Positions 48,871-60,299 of a stretch of DNA of 64,000 nucleotides are shown here, one piece after another. The DNA is taken from assembly GCA_004431415.1 (NCBI GenBank), contig QPMI01000629.1, positions 79,448 through 143,447 of the forward strand. Reading direction: 5' to 3'. Origin of the DNA: Cyanophora paradoxa CCMP329 (lineage: Eukaryota > Plantae > Glaucophyta). Position 1 is the first letter of the stretch. Each line of letters begins with the position of its first letter. The notes beneath the pieces are model-generated. The model worked only from the letters and a program-made list of their open reading frames with translations. It was not told the origin of the DNA and made no database searches. The position numbers and the translations under genes were made by a program.

Positions 48871-51800
48871 ATGCCTCCCGTCGCGTCTCCCCTCGTCGTC
48901 GCCGCCGTCGAGTCTCCCGGCGGCGCGTCGCCCCCGAAACGGGAGGCGGCGCCGGCGGGCGTCGCGCCCGGGCCCGGCCCCGCGTCGCGTCTCCACCTCC
49001 TCGGCCCCGCCCCCGTCGCAATCGGCGAGGATGGGGCGGGGGGCGTGGACGCGGCGGGCTCGGCGGGGGCGGAGCCCATGGAGGTCGACGTCGCGCCGGC
49101 CGCCGCCGCCGCCGCCGCCGCCCGGGTCCGGCTGGAGGCCCACGCCCTCGTCAAGCCGGCCGTCCGGGCCTCCCCGACCCCTTCAACCAGCGCTGGCGCC
49201 GCCGCCCCTCCGCGACCTCGTCGACGCGGCGGCGCGGCGCGCCTTCTGCCAGGCCGCCTCCACCCTCGCCGTCCGCCGCCCCGACGGCTCCCAGACCGCC
49301 TGCGTCTACGCCGGATTCCTCGACTTTGACGCCGCCGGCATCGCGCCCTCGGAGAAGAAGGGCCTCGCCGCCAGGGCCGCCCCGCTGCGCACCCTCGCCG
49401 AGCTCTTCGCCGCCGAGCCGCGCCTCCTGGAGCCGGCCGGGACCGCGTACAGGCTCGCCAAGGCGTGCGGGGCGTACCCCCCCGCGCCCGGCGAGGCGCC
49501 GCTCGAGTGCCTCGTCACCTTCAGCGGCCTCAAGGGCTTCCACGTCCTCCTCCGCCACCCGCCCTGCTCGTCCGGGCCCCGGGGCGCGCGTCAAGGCGGA
49601 CGGCCAGGTGGAGCCGGCGGCGGCCGGCGGCGGCCGGGCCTACTCCGTGGACGACCTCCTGGAGACGGCGCTCGTACCCCTGCTCCGCAGGCTGCCGGCC
49701 TCTCCGAGGAGGACGTGCTCGGCATCGTGGCGGCGATCGACAGGTCCCCGCTCAACCCCAACTGCGGCCTCCGCCTCGACGAGTACCCCACCCGCTCACG
49801 GGGCGGTACCCCGTCGCCGTCTCGGGCCCCGACCTCGACGCCCTGATCGAGCCCGACGGCGAGGCGGCGGAGCGGGTCCTCATCGCCGGCGACGGCCCCG
49901 CCCGGAGATCTCGGCCTTTCTCTCCGGCCTCTTCGCCGACCTGGAGCGGCGCGTGGGGACGGAGGAGGCCGTGGCCGCCCTCCCGGCCCTCCCCGAGGCC
50001 CGAGCGCCCCGCGCGAGGGCGGCGGCGCGAGCAGGAAGCGTCGGCGGGACGGGAGCCCGGCCCGGGGCGGCGCCGGCAGCGCGCCCGAGGCCCTGCGCCG
50101 GGCCCTGGAGCTCGCCCCGCACCATCGCGATCGGCGGGGCGCGCCCCGCAAGGTCCGACTCGTGGGGCGCTCGGAGGACGGGCGCTACGTCACGTTTCGC
50201 GTCAGCCCGCGGCGGGCAGCGGCGCCCGGTGCCACCTCGGCGTCGAGCACGACTGGCGCGGGACCCTCTGCTCGGTCTCGCAGCTCCTCCCGGGGGCGAG
50301 CATGGTGGCGTTCCGGTGCGGGGGCCAGAACCACTCGGACTGCGCCCGGCGCCCCGTCTTTGGGCGGCCCGTCTGGGACGGGGCGCGGGCGGACCCGGCC
50401 GAGGAGGCGGCGGACGACGCGGCCCTCGTGGCCCTCGGCGAGTGCCTCTCGAGCATCGCGGACGGGGCGCGCGGCGGCGGCGCCGCCCCGCCCGCCCGCA
50501 CCCTCCCGTACCCCTTCTCCGTCGTCCCCCGCACCAACGACCGCGTCTACTCTGTCGACGCGCCCTGCGCCGAGTGCGGCGGGGCGCGCGGGGGCGTGCT
50601 CGTCGACGTTCTGGCGCGCGAGGTCAAGGCGTTCCCGTGCGCCGGCTGCAAGGCGGCGAGCCCCGAGGGGCGCACCCGTCGCCTCGACCTCCTCCCCGAG
50701 CTGGGCTCGGAGCTGCGCGCCGCGGAGGACGCCGTGCAGCGCGCCCTCGTCGCGCGGGCGCTGGAGGCGAACGGGGGCCCCGGCATCGCGCTCTTCGGCG
50801 CCGCGGGCCCGAAGGGCTGGCTGGAGGCCCTCCCGCCCCTCGGCGGGCAGGCCGGGGAGCAGCTCGTCGCGATCATCGAGGTGCTGCGCCAGCGGGTCGT
50901 GGCCAAGGACTGGTCCGGCGAGCCGATCCGCCGCGGGCTCGTGCCGGAGGCGGCGCGGAAGGCGCTGGACGCGCTCCCGCTCCCCGACCTGCGCGAGCCC
51001 CTCGGGCGGCCCGCCGGCGGGGGCTTCGACTGGCGTGACATCGTCCACGACGCCAACGACCTCGGCGACCCGCGGCGCCGGTGGGTGGACAAGGAGGCGG
51101 TCGAGGGGCGCTCCGCGGGCCGGCCACGCGGCGAGGCATGCTCTTCCTCCGGGCGCAGACGGGTACGGGCAAGTCGCAGGCGATCGTCCACCTCCTCGCC
51201 GAGATGCGCAAGTCCCCCGCCGCGTACGGCCTGCCCCAGCACTTCAGGATCCTCTACGTCGTCGCGGGGCGGATCCACGACGAGCTCCTCCTGGCGGACA
51301 CGCGCTACACGGCGATCTGCGCGGTGCCGTGGACCTCGTACAAGGAGATGACGCCGGGGCAGCTGGCGCAGGCGAGCGCGCAGCTCATGTCGACCGTCGA
51401 GTCGATCCAGCGCCTCGAGGGCGCCTTCCAGGTCGTCGTCGTGGACGAGGGGGCCAAGGCGCTGGCCACGCTGGCCCTCTCGACGACGCTGGCCAAGGAG
51501 GGGCGCCACAGCGCGGCGGTCGCGCGATTCAGAAGCCTGTTCGCCCAGGCGCACCGCCTCGTCATCGCCGACGCGGACCTCTCCCAGCCCGACGTCGACT
51601 TCTACGTCGGCCTCTTCCTCGGGGCCGGCGCGGCGGCGGCGGGGGCGCGGGGGGCCCCGGAGCCCTTCGTGGTGCAGTACCTGCACCGGCTCCGCGAGCA
51701 CGCGCGGGCGGCGCTCCTCCTCCCCTGGATGTACGCCCCGCTCCTCGTCGCGGCGCACCTCCTGGCCGGCAAGCGCGTCGTCCTCTCCGCCGACGACCGC

Positions 51801-54397
51801 CGCGCCCTCTTCGCCACCCTCGCCCTCCTCCACGCCCACCCCGCCCTCCGCGCGCGGGTCGAGGCCGGCCGCCTGAGCTCGCTCTTCATCTACGCCGACG
51901 CGCCCAACGCGGAGAAGGAGAAGCTCAAGGAGAAGGCGCTCGTCGGGGCGCTCGACCTCTTCGCCTACAACTCGGCCGTACCCCAGGGCAGCGACTTTAA
52001 CGAGGGCGGCTTCGACGTCTGCATCGTGGCGATGGGCGGGCGGACGTACGACGTGAACGGGGCGGGGCAGGGCATGGCGCGCGTGCGCTCTGTCGCGGAG
52101 CCGGACGTCTTCGTGTGCGCGGGGCGCGAGCCGCGGGAGGAGGCCGCCCTGGGGCCCCTGGGGGCGACGGTCGGCGGCGTCGAGGCCGTCTACGAGCGGC
52201 GCCTCGAGGAGGAGCGCGAGATGCGGGGGCGGGTCGAGGGCGACCGCGCCCGGCTCCCCCGGGCCGACCTCGCCTTCCTCCGCATGCAGGCGGCCCGCCT
52301 CGTCGTCCTGAACTGGAGCCGGCAGCGCACCGTCCAGGCCCTCGACGCCAAGTTCGGGAGGATGGGGTACGCGCGCGGCCTGGAGCTCGTCGAGAAGGCC
52401 GAGCCGCTCCCCAAGTCCGTCGCCTCGCTCCTGAACGGCCTCGCCGCGCGCGTGCGCTCGGCGGCGATCTACGCCCCCGTGGCCGCCGCCGCCACCCTCG
52501 GGGAGGAGGACCCCCGGACGGGCGCCATCGTGGAGAGCATGCTGGCCGGGAGGGCGCCGGCGGCGCTGGGTCGGTGGCCCGTGACCGAGGCGGAGAGGCT
52601 CGCGTGCCGGAAGCGCTTCGTGCCGGCGCCCTCGCATCGACCCGCGACGTCAGCTCGCGGAGGTCGAGGCGCAGCCAAGGAAGCCGCTCCTCCGCCCCTG
52701 ATCGCCTTTGCGCCGCCGGCCCTTCTCGCGACCGACGGGCGGGGCGTCTACGGAGCACGGGGGTACGGGCTCTGGCGGGCGCGTGCAGCAGCACACGCGG
52801 AGCGCCTCGCTCTCGCCTGGCGGCCCCGGGCCCCGCGGGCCCCGGCCGGCCGCCGCGCCTGTCGTCGAGAAGCTCTCGCCTCGGCTCCTCGACTCGCGCC
52901 GGACGCCTGCCCGCGGCGGACCTCGCTCGCCTCGCGGCGGCGGTGGAGCGGGACCGGCTCTTCGAGCACGCGACCCGGCGGGACTTTGTGGTCGGGGCGG
53001 GCCTGCTCCAGCAGGCCGACCGGGCCGACGCGGCCGCGTGCAGGGCGTACCGCGCGCGCGCCCAGGAGCTCTTCGATCTGGCCAAGGAACCGACGCTGGA
53101 GGTGGCCGTGGGGAAGCACTTTCTCCGACTCCTGAAGCGGGCGGCCATCTGGGCGGGCGTACCCCTCAAGCCGGCCGTCTTCGCGGGCCCCCCGAAGCGC
53201 CGACAGGTCGGCGGGCGGCGGGTGACCCAGAGGGCGGCGTCGAGGGCGGGATTCGTGGTGGACTACCTCGCCCTCGCCTTTGTTACCTGCGCCCACGCCA
53301 AGACCGAGTACGCGTCCCGGCGGCTCTTCGAGGCGTCGAACCCGGAGCCCGAGGCGGCGGCGGCGGCGGCGGAGGAGGAGGAGGAGGGGAGGAGGAGGGC
53401 GCGGCTCCGGGCGGGGACGGCGAGGAGGGGGAGGGGCGGGCGAGGGGCGGCCGGCGGGGGGAGGAGACGGACGTGGCGGACGGCCTCGATCGGGCGAGCG
53501 AGGGCGGGGACGAGACGGCGGAGGCCGACCGGGAGGCCATCGAGGCGCTCCTCGCGGGGGCCGCCCGGGGAGCGCGCCCCCTCCCGCCCGTCACGTACCC
53601 GGAGCCGGAGGAGGGCGCGGCGCGCGCCGGTGGACCCGCCACGGGGCCCGCCTCTTCTTCTCCGCGATGAACCTGACGGCCGTCGCCATGAGCGCGATCG
53701 TCGAGCTGGGGCGGCCGCTGCCGCAGCGCAGGCCCTGCGCGAGCGCGCCGAGCTCCACCCCTCTGTCTGGTACGGGCCGGCGGCGCGGGCGCTGGCGGCG
53801 GAGCCAACGAGCTGCTCGGGCGGCTCCTGGGGATGGGGGGGGCGAGGAGGCGATCCGCGCGGCGGCGGCGCGCGTGCACGCGGCCCTGCTGGACTCGTGC
53901 GACGCGGAGGAGAGGGCGGGCGCCGAGTCCGAGGCGGAGCCGCGGGTGACGCCGGCGGCGCTCGAGGAGCTCCTCCGCGCCCTCTGCGAGCGGGCCGCCG
54001 AGGCGGAGGCGCGCTCCGCGGCGGATCCCGGCGTCGACGAGGAGGACGCGCGCTGGTTCGTGGGGCGCCTGGCCGAGGCCTGGCGCGCCGGCGCGGGACG
54101 CGCTCCGACCCCGCCAGTTTCACCAAGAAGGAGCTCAACGGGATCTTCAAGCCCAAGGACCCGACGAGCGGGGAGGAGCTCCCCGTGACGCTCCGGGGGC
54201 TCCCGAACAAGGTCGCCGTCATCAAGCCCGGCAACAGCAGCGGGTCCGGCCTCGGCCTCGTCGCCGACTGGCTCGAGAGGCGCGGGGCGCCGTCCCTCCG
54301 CATCCAGCTCGAGTGGCGCGCCCGCCCCAAGGGGAAGGAGCTCACGGGGATCGCCGTCCCCCGCGCCCTCTTTGCTCACTTCGGATTCGACAGCTAG
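48871..54397 (+). CDS. Fused AEP primase - Zn finger - UL9/origin-binding-protein-like SF2 helicase (~1800 codons, multiple 1-bp frameshifts, no introns seen)
   Basis: AEP motifs GFLDFD (~49313), TFSGLKGFHVLL (~49517) and IDRSPLNPNCGLRL (~49736). Zn region CHLGVEH..FRCGGQNHSDC and CAEC..CAGC. Helicase motifs LFLRAQTGTGKS (I), VVVVDE (II), LVIADADLS (III), LFAYNSAVPQGSDFN (V) and QGMARVR (VI) follow the herpes UL9/OBP pattern. Ends ..FAHFGFDS* at 54397. Confidence 0.85.
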
Positions 54398-54716
54398 GCA
54401 CCCCCCTCCTGTACGCGAGCACCTCTGAACGCGTGCGGCTCCCTCTTCCCTCGGTGTTCGGGGGTGGGGGGTACGGGGGGCGGGAGGGAGGGGAGGGGAG
54501 GGGGAGGGGCCCGGGCGCCCCGCCCCGTTCCGCCCTCGCAGGGCTCGCAGCCGGCCGTTCGCGCTCCAAAGGTGCGGCGTACCCCGCCCTCCCCTCCCCC
54601 CTCCCCCCGCCTCCGCTTACCCCCTCGTGACAGGGCCCGTTCGAACGAGGCCTTCGCATGCGCCCTCTCATCTGAGCGATTCCCTTTTCGGGTATTTTTC
54701 TCGCGCCCCGCCGCAC

Positions 54717-54725
54717 TATAAAAAA
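54717..54725 (+). promoter_or_regulatory. TATA box (TATAAAAAA), duplicated at ~55788
   Basis: 58 bp upstream of ATG 54775; the duplicate is 58 bp upstream of ATG 55846. Confidence 0.6.
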
Positions 54726-54774
54726 GATCGCGCCGCCCCCGAAACCTCACTCTCAAGTTTCGCAGCTTCGCAAC

Positions 54775-55472
54775 ATGAGCTCGGCCCTTTCCGTCGCGTC
54801 CTCTCTCGACATGATCGACCCGGCGCTTTTCGGTCGCGACGGCGCGCTCTTCTCCTGCGGCGCACCGGCCCCGGGCGGCCTGGACTCGGCCCGGCTCCCT
54901 CCCGTCGCGTCGATCCTCGCCGCCGCGCCCGACGCGGAGAAGGAGAAGCTCATGGAGAAGGAGCTCGTCGGGGCGCTCGACCTCTTCGCCTACAACTCGG
55001 CCGTACCCCAGGGCGGCGACTTTAATGAGGGCGGCTTCGACGTCTGCGTCGTGGCGATGGGCGGGCGGACGTACGACGTGAACGCGGAAAAGGAGAAGCC
55101 CAAGGAAAAGGAGCTCGTCGGGGCGCTCGACCTCTTCGCCTACAACTCGGCCGTACCCCAGGGCGGCGACTTTAACGAGGGCGGCTTCGACGTCTGCGTC
55201 GTGGCGATGGGCGGGCGGACGTACGACGTGAACGCGGAAAAGGAGAAGCCCAAGGAGAAGGAGCTCGTCGGGGCGCTCGACCTCTTCGCCTACAACTCGG
55301 ACGTACCCAGGGCGGCGACTTTAACGAGGGCTGCTTCGACTTCTGCATCGTGGCGATGGGCGGGCGGACGTACGACGTGAACGCGGCGGGGCAGAGCATG
55401 GCGCGCGTGCGCCGTTTCGCGGAGCCGGCCGTCCCGCGCGCCCTCTTTGCTCGCTTCGGATTCGACAGCTAG
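54775..55472 (+). pseudogene. Chimeric duplication: N-terminus of the 55846 gene + 3 x 150-bp copies of helicase motif V + helicase C-terminus
   Basis: EKEKLKEKALVGALDLFAYNSAVPQGSDFNEGGFDVCIVAMGGRTYDVN (51910-52058) is recopied at ~54931, 55081 and 55231. Region ~54354-54925 is duplicated at ~55428-55990. Confidence 0.85.
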
Positions 55473-55845
55473 GCACCCCCTCCTGTACGCGAGCACCTCT
55501 GAACGCGTGCGGCTCCTTCTTCCGTCGGTGTTCGGGGGTGGGGGTACGGGGGGCGGGAGGGGGGAGGGGGGAGGGGGAGGGGCCCGGGCGCCCCGCCCCG
55601 TTCCGCCCTCGCAGGGCTCGCAGCCGGCCGTTCGCGCTCCAAAGGTGCGGCGTACCCCGCCCTCCCTCCCCCCTCCCCCGCCTCCGCTTACCCCCTCGGG
55701 ACAGGGCCCGTTCGAACGAGGCCTTCGCATGCGCCCTCTCATCTGAGCGATTCCCTTTTCGGGTATTTTTCTCGCGCCCCGCCGCACTATAAAAAAGATC
55801 GCGCCGCCCCCGAAACCTCACTCTCAAGTTTCGCAGCTTCGCAAC

Positions 55846-56454
55846 ATGAGCTCGGCCCTTTCCGTCGCGTCCTCTCTCGACATGATCGACCCGGCGCTTT
55901 TCGGTCGCGACGGCGCGCTCTTCTCCTGCGGCGCGCCGGCCCCGGCGGCCTGGACTCGGCCGGCTCCCTCCCGTCGCGTCGATCCTCGCGCCGCCGCTCG
56001 TCGCGACCCCCTGGCTCCCTCCCGCCGCCTTTGAAGCCTGCAAGGCGCCCTCCCGTGGCCCCGCGTGGACGCGGACGCGACGGCGCCGGCGCCCGCGGGC
56101 CCTCTTCAGGATCCCCTCGCGCCCCTGCCGCCGAGCCCCGCGGCCGGCACCCCGAGCCCCGCCGCGCCCGCAGGGCCCCCCTCTGCGCTTCCCGTCGCCG
56201 TGCCGGCCCCGGCGCGGCACGTCGACCTGGGCCCGTGCGCCCCGCTCAGGCGCCGTCGCGTCGTCCGCTGTTCCGTGTGCAGGCTCACGGTACGCGCTCG
56301 CGAGGCCCGGGGCGGGCGGCGCGGCGCGGCGGGCGTCGCGCGGCGATCTGACCTTTTTCCTGCGCGCGCAGGCCACAACAAGAAGACCCACGACCGGTTT
56401 GTCCTGGGCATCGTGCCCGTGTGGAAGAAGCGGCGTCAGTGGCAGCGCAAGCGG

Positions 56455-56493
<39 letters not shown>

Positions 56494-56740
56494 CCGCGAG
56501 CTCCGCCGCCCCGCCTCGACGTCGACGGGCGGCAGGGTGATGCACTGCTGCGAGTGCGGCATGGAGGTGAGTCCACCGGAGGGCGCGTCGTGGGGGGCGA
56601 CAGGGGGAGGTGGGGGGGGGGAGGGAAAGGGGGTACGGGCCCGATCTGACCCTCGTTCTGCGCAGGGCCGCAACTCCAGGACGCACCACGGCCCGCGGAT
56701 GCACTGGCGCAAGAAGCGGGAGAGCGACTACGAATACTGA
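55846..56740 (+). CDS. Protein with two Zn-knuckle-like motifs, each split by an intron
   Basis: CSVCRLT|GHNKKTH (intron ~56290-56371) and CCECGME|GRNSRTH (intron ~56567-56665); ends RESDYEY*. Confidence 0.65.
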
Positions 56741-56813
56741 GCGCGCCGGCGTTTGCATAAAGGGGACCCGCGCCGCCTCTCCCGCAGCGGCGGCGCCCAG
56801 GGCCTGAGCGGGG

Positions 56814-57119
56814 ATGACGCTCCGCGTGGAGGGAAGGCTGCGGATCGGGCCCAGCGCGGAGGGCCCGGCGCGCGTCGAGGTGGACCTCGACGCGGACGAG
56901 ACCCTGGTGGCGACGGCGGGCGAGGAGACGCTCTGGGTCGTCGCCCGCGACCGCGTGCGCGCCCTCGACGCCCGCTGCTGCGCCTGGTCCGTCGAGTACA
57001 AGTTCTCCTCGCCCCTGAGCCGCGTGGAGGGCGCGCCCGACGGCTCCCTCGTCGTCTTCTTCGAGGGGGGCGGCCTGCGGTACCTCCCCAAGCCGACCGT
57101 GGACAGGTGGGGCCTCTGA
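56814..57119 (+). CDS. Hypothetical 101-aa beta-rich protein (partial propeller-like)
   Basis: Clean ORF with GC3 bias; CATAAAGGGG lies ~57 bp upstream. Confidence 0.55.
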   Translation: MTLRVEGRLRIGPSAEGPARVEVDLDADETLVATAGEETLWVVARDRVRALDARCCAWSVEYKFSSPLSRVEGAPDGSLVVFFEGGGLRYLPKPTVDRWGL

Positions 57120-59179
57120 ATCCCGCTGCCCGTGCGCCGCGCGCTCGGACGAACAAAGTCCTCTAGATCGAGCCTGGCCCCTCCCCCTCCCCGTCCCCGC
57201 CGGCACATGTTGGTCGAGTTTTGCTCGTTCAAGTTGTATTGGATCGCGAGGTCGCTCATATGCATTTTCAATGCAGATGCGCGGGAGGGCGCCTGGGGGG
57301 ATAGGGAGGAGGGGGGGGGGGGGGTCGGCGGCGGGGTACACGCGGATGCTGCGAGGCGAGAGGCCTCGGCCTAGGGCGGGCCCCTCGGGGTGAGCGGGCG
57401 AGTCTCCCGTGTGGAAATTCCGGAGGGTCTCTCGATCGGGGCGCGACCGGGGTCCTGGAGAGGGGCGGGCGACCGCCGTCTCCCGCCGCGCCGCCGCCCC
57501 GTGCGGCGAGCCGCGCCGCCGCCAGCCCCGCCCGCCGAACCGCGCCGCCGCCGGCCGAGCCCCAGCCCCGCCCGTCGAGCCGCGCCGACGCCCGCCACGT
57601 CCCCGCCCCGCCCGTCGAGCCGAGCTGCAGTCAGCCAAGCCCCCGCCCCGTGCAGCGATGCCCCATAGATGGGCCGCTCACCAGGCGTTCGGTGTACATG
57701 CATGGCTCAACCACCTGCGCACGCACGGGTCAACCGATGAGGCAGCCGGGGCACAGGGCACCCAAAGCGCACGAAATAAGGCCCTTGAACCCTGTGTCCC
57801 TCGGCAGCGTAAAGTCTATGCCGGCTGCGGCGCACGCGACGGCTGCGGCGCCGGCGCACGCGACGGCTGCGGTCGATCGTCGCCGGCGCGGAGCTGGACA
57901 GGCGGGAGATCTCGCGCAGCGTGCAGCTGCTCACGAGCTTCCAGGGAGCAGTATGCCACGCTCCGAGCTTCAACGTGCCTCGATTCGAGCGCCCCGAGAG
58001 CACACGCGTACGCCGCCCCAGGAGATCCAGAGGCCCGCGTAGCTGGCCGGAGTACTGCGCATGCATCGCTCAGCACCCCGGCCCATGTCGCTGAGCACGT
58101 ACAGCCACTCCTGCTCACGCACATTTCCTTCGGCATCTGAAGGGACTTGCCACCCAGACGCAGCGGCCGCCGGGAGCGGGCTGCAGGCAGAGCTGGAGCT
58201 AGCTATCGACAACGCTTGACGAAAGCTCAGCGCTAGCCCGTGCTCACGGCCGCCGCGAGAACTGCAATGTGTATCCCCATCCTCTCACCCTCCCCCCCCC
58301 CCAGAAAAAACAAAAACTCCTGCACTATTGATATCTAGATCTACCGGTATTTGAAATTGGCACCCTGGCCCCGCAGGCCGCCCCCCCACCCCCCCACCCC
58401 ACCCCTAACATCCAAAGGCTATAGCAGCCGGACTCGAGCTCGTGCAAACGACGTTGGGCTGATCGCGAGGCCGGCCGGCCGCGATTATGAAATTGCGCCC
58501 CAAATTAAATTGCGCGCGCGACTGCGGGCCCTCAAGAGGGACGAGGCGATATATATGTGTGCATTACAGCTTCATTTGGATAGCCACTGCGCCTGGCCTG
58601 TCGGTCGCGATCTCTCTCATGAGAATCACGTGCACTGTCATGCAGCGAGACGGCGCAATGATTCATTATTCAAGCATGCGCATGCGTGTATGCATGCTCG
58701 TAAAAATGCGCAATATGAATCGATCTTTTTTTAAACATGAAGCTCGCGACTCGAATTCCGGATCCGTCGACACGTGCACGGATGTGCGCGTTGAGTGCGC
58801 GCGACGTGAACATTTCCACGGCCGGCCTGGTTCGGCGAATTTTGAAACTCTCAGGCTCTACGTCGTTCAAGACAATTTAGAACGGAGAACTGACGGATAT
58901 TAATTCGAGATGCGGATATATATGTATATATATCGATCGAAATTAAATTCGACAACGTGCGAATTAAACGATATCGGTATACGTATCGATTTCGATGGAT
59001 GGCCGTCGACTGCGCGCTAAATAGCTGGATATAGAGTGCATTACGACTCTGAGCCGGCGGCGGCCTCTGTCTCGACCTGAATCGAGCACGCGCATGCGCA
59101 CGTGCCTTCGATCTTGCGGACATCGGGCCCGTTCCCGCAGGAGGGGCCGAAAATTCCGCGCCTAGCGCTGTCATCACCT

Positions 59180-59883
59180 TTAATTTCTTTGCGAGGCCCC
59201 GTTTCGTGCACGATCCTCGAGGAGCAGTTTAAACGCCTTGGCGACGGTTTCGTTCGGAAACCCGTGTGCCACCGCCCGAATCTTGATCGGTCCGCGGGCC
59301 ATCTCGAAGAGGCCGAGCCGCGCAGCTCGGCAAACTTGCGCTTGAGGTTGGACGAGCAGCCGACAAAGGCGGGGAGCTGCCTGGCGCCGCCCATGACGAA
59401 CACGACGGGCTGCTTGGGTCCGAATTTGTCCGAGAGCTCCACCGGGGCGGGCTTTGCGTTTGGGTCCCGAACGTGAACGGCCCTGTTCGGCGCCGGCGCC
59501 GAGGACGCTGCGTCGCGACCCGCGGCCGCGTCGACGTCGCCGGCCGCCTCGCCTCGCGATCCTGCCCCTCTGCCCGCGGGCGCGCGCCTGCGCCCGGAAT
59601 CGCGACGCAGGTCGACGTCGGGGCCGGGATCCGGAGGCGGCTGCGTTCGAATCCGGCGCCTCCGAGCGCGAATCGCGCTCGCGATCGCTGTCGGCCGCAG
59701 CGCCTGCACCGAAATCGATAGCGATGGGTTCGGCGCGGGAGATTTCGGAGGTGACGACGGCGCTTCCCGACATCGATCGGGATCCTGATCGATATCGTGA
59801 TCGTGGTCGGCGGCGGGGCCCGATCGCTTCGAATTCGGGCTCGACGTCGACATCCCCTCTAGCGCCTCGAGCTTCGGGGGCAT
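59180..59883 (-). CDS. Degenerate SLX1-like GIY-YIG domain protein (probably inactive; frameshifted)
   Basis: PVVFVM..PAFVGCSSNLKRKFAELRG [shift] ..RGPIKIRAVAHGFPNETVAKAF resembles SLX1-type VY.L..YVG.T....RL.QH..RPW....V.GFP....AL.FE, but the Tyr, Arg and Glu residues are substituted. Confidence 0.5.
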
Positions 59884-60299
59884 GGTGCTTCTATTTATCC
59901 GCGCCCAGGCCCTCACACTCTTGAGGGCGGCTTTGTTTCGGCCGACGTGCGCTGCGGGCGGCCCGAGGTTTACGAGTATGTATATGTGCGTATGCGGGGA
60001 GAATTCGAATCGAACTGCAGCGCTAGCTGGATCCGGATCGGGCCTGCGTCGACGTTCCGTCGACCTAGGCCTCCCGCCCGCCGTTGCCCGCGTCTCCCGC
60101 GCGGACTGCTTTATAAGCGAGCGCATGCACGGCCCGGGCCCGGGGGACCGGGCGGGGCGGGGGTGCACGTGCCGAGGCGGCGGGCGGGGTGCGTGACCCG
60201 CGAGTCGCCCTCCCTCTGGACGTTGGCCGTACCTCCTCCTCCCCTCCCGGGCCCCCCTCCGGAGACTCGCCGCCACCCCCTCTGGAGGGAGCGGCGCTC

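Noticed and set aside
57650-58220. Possible coding fragment
   Set aside because: No consistent frame, promoter or motif.
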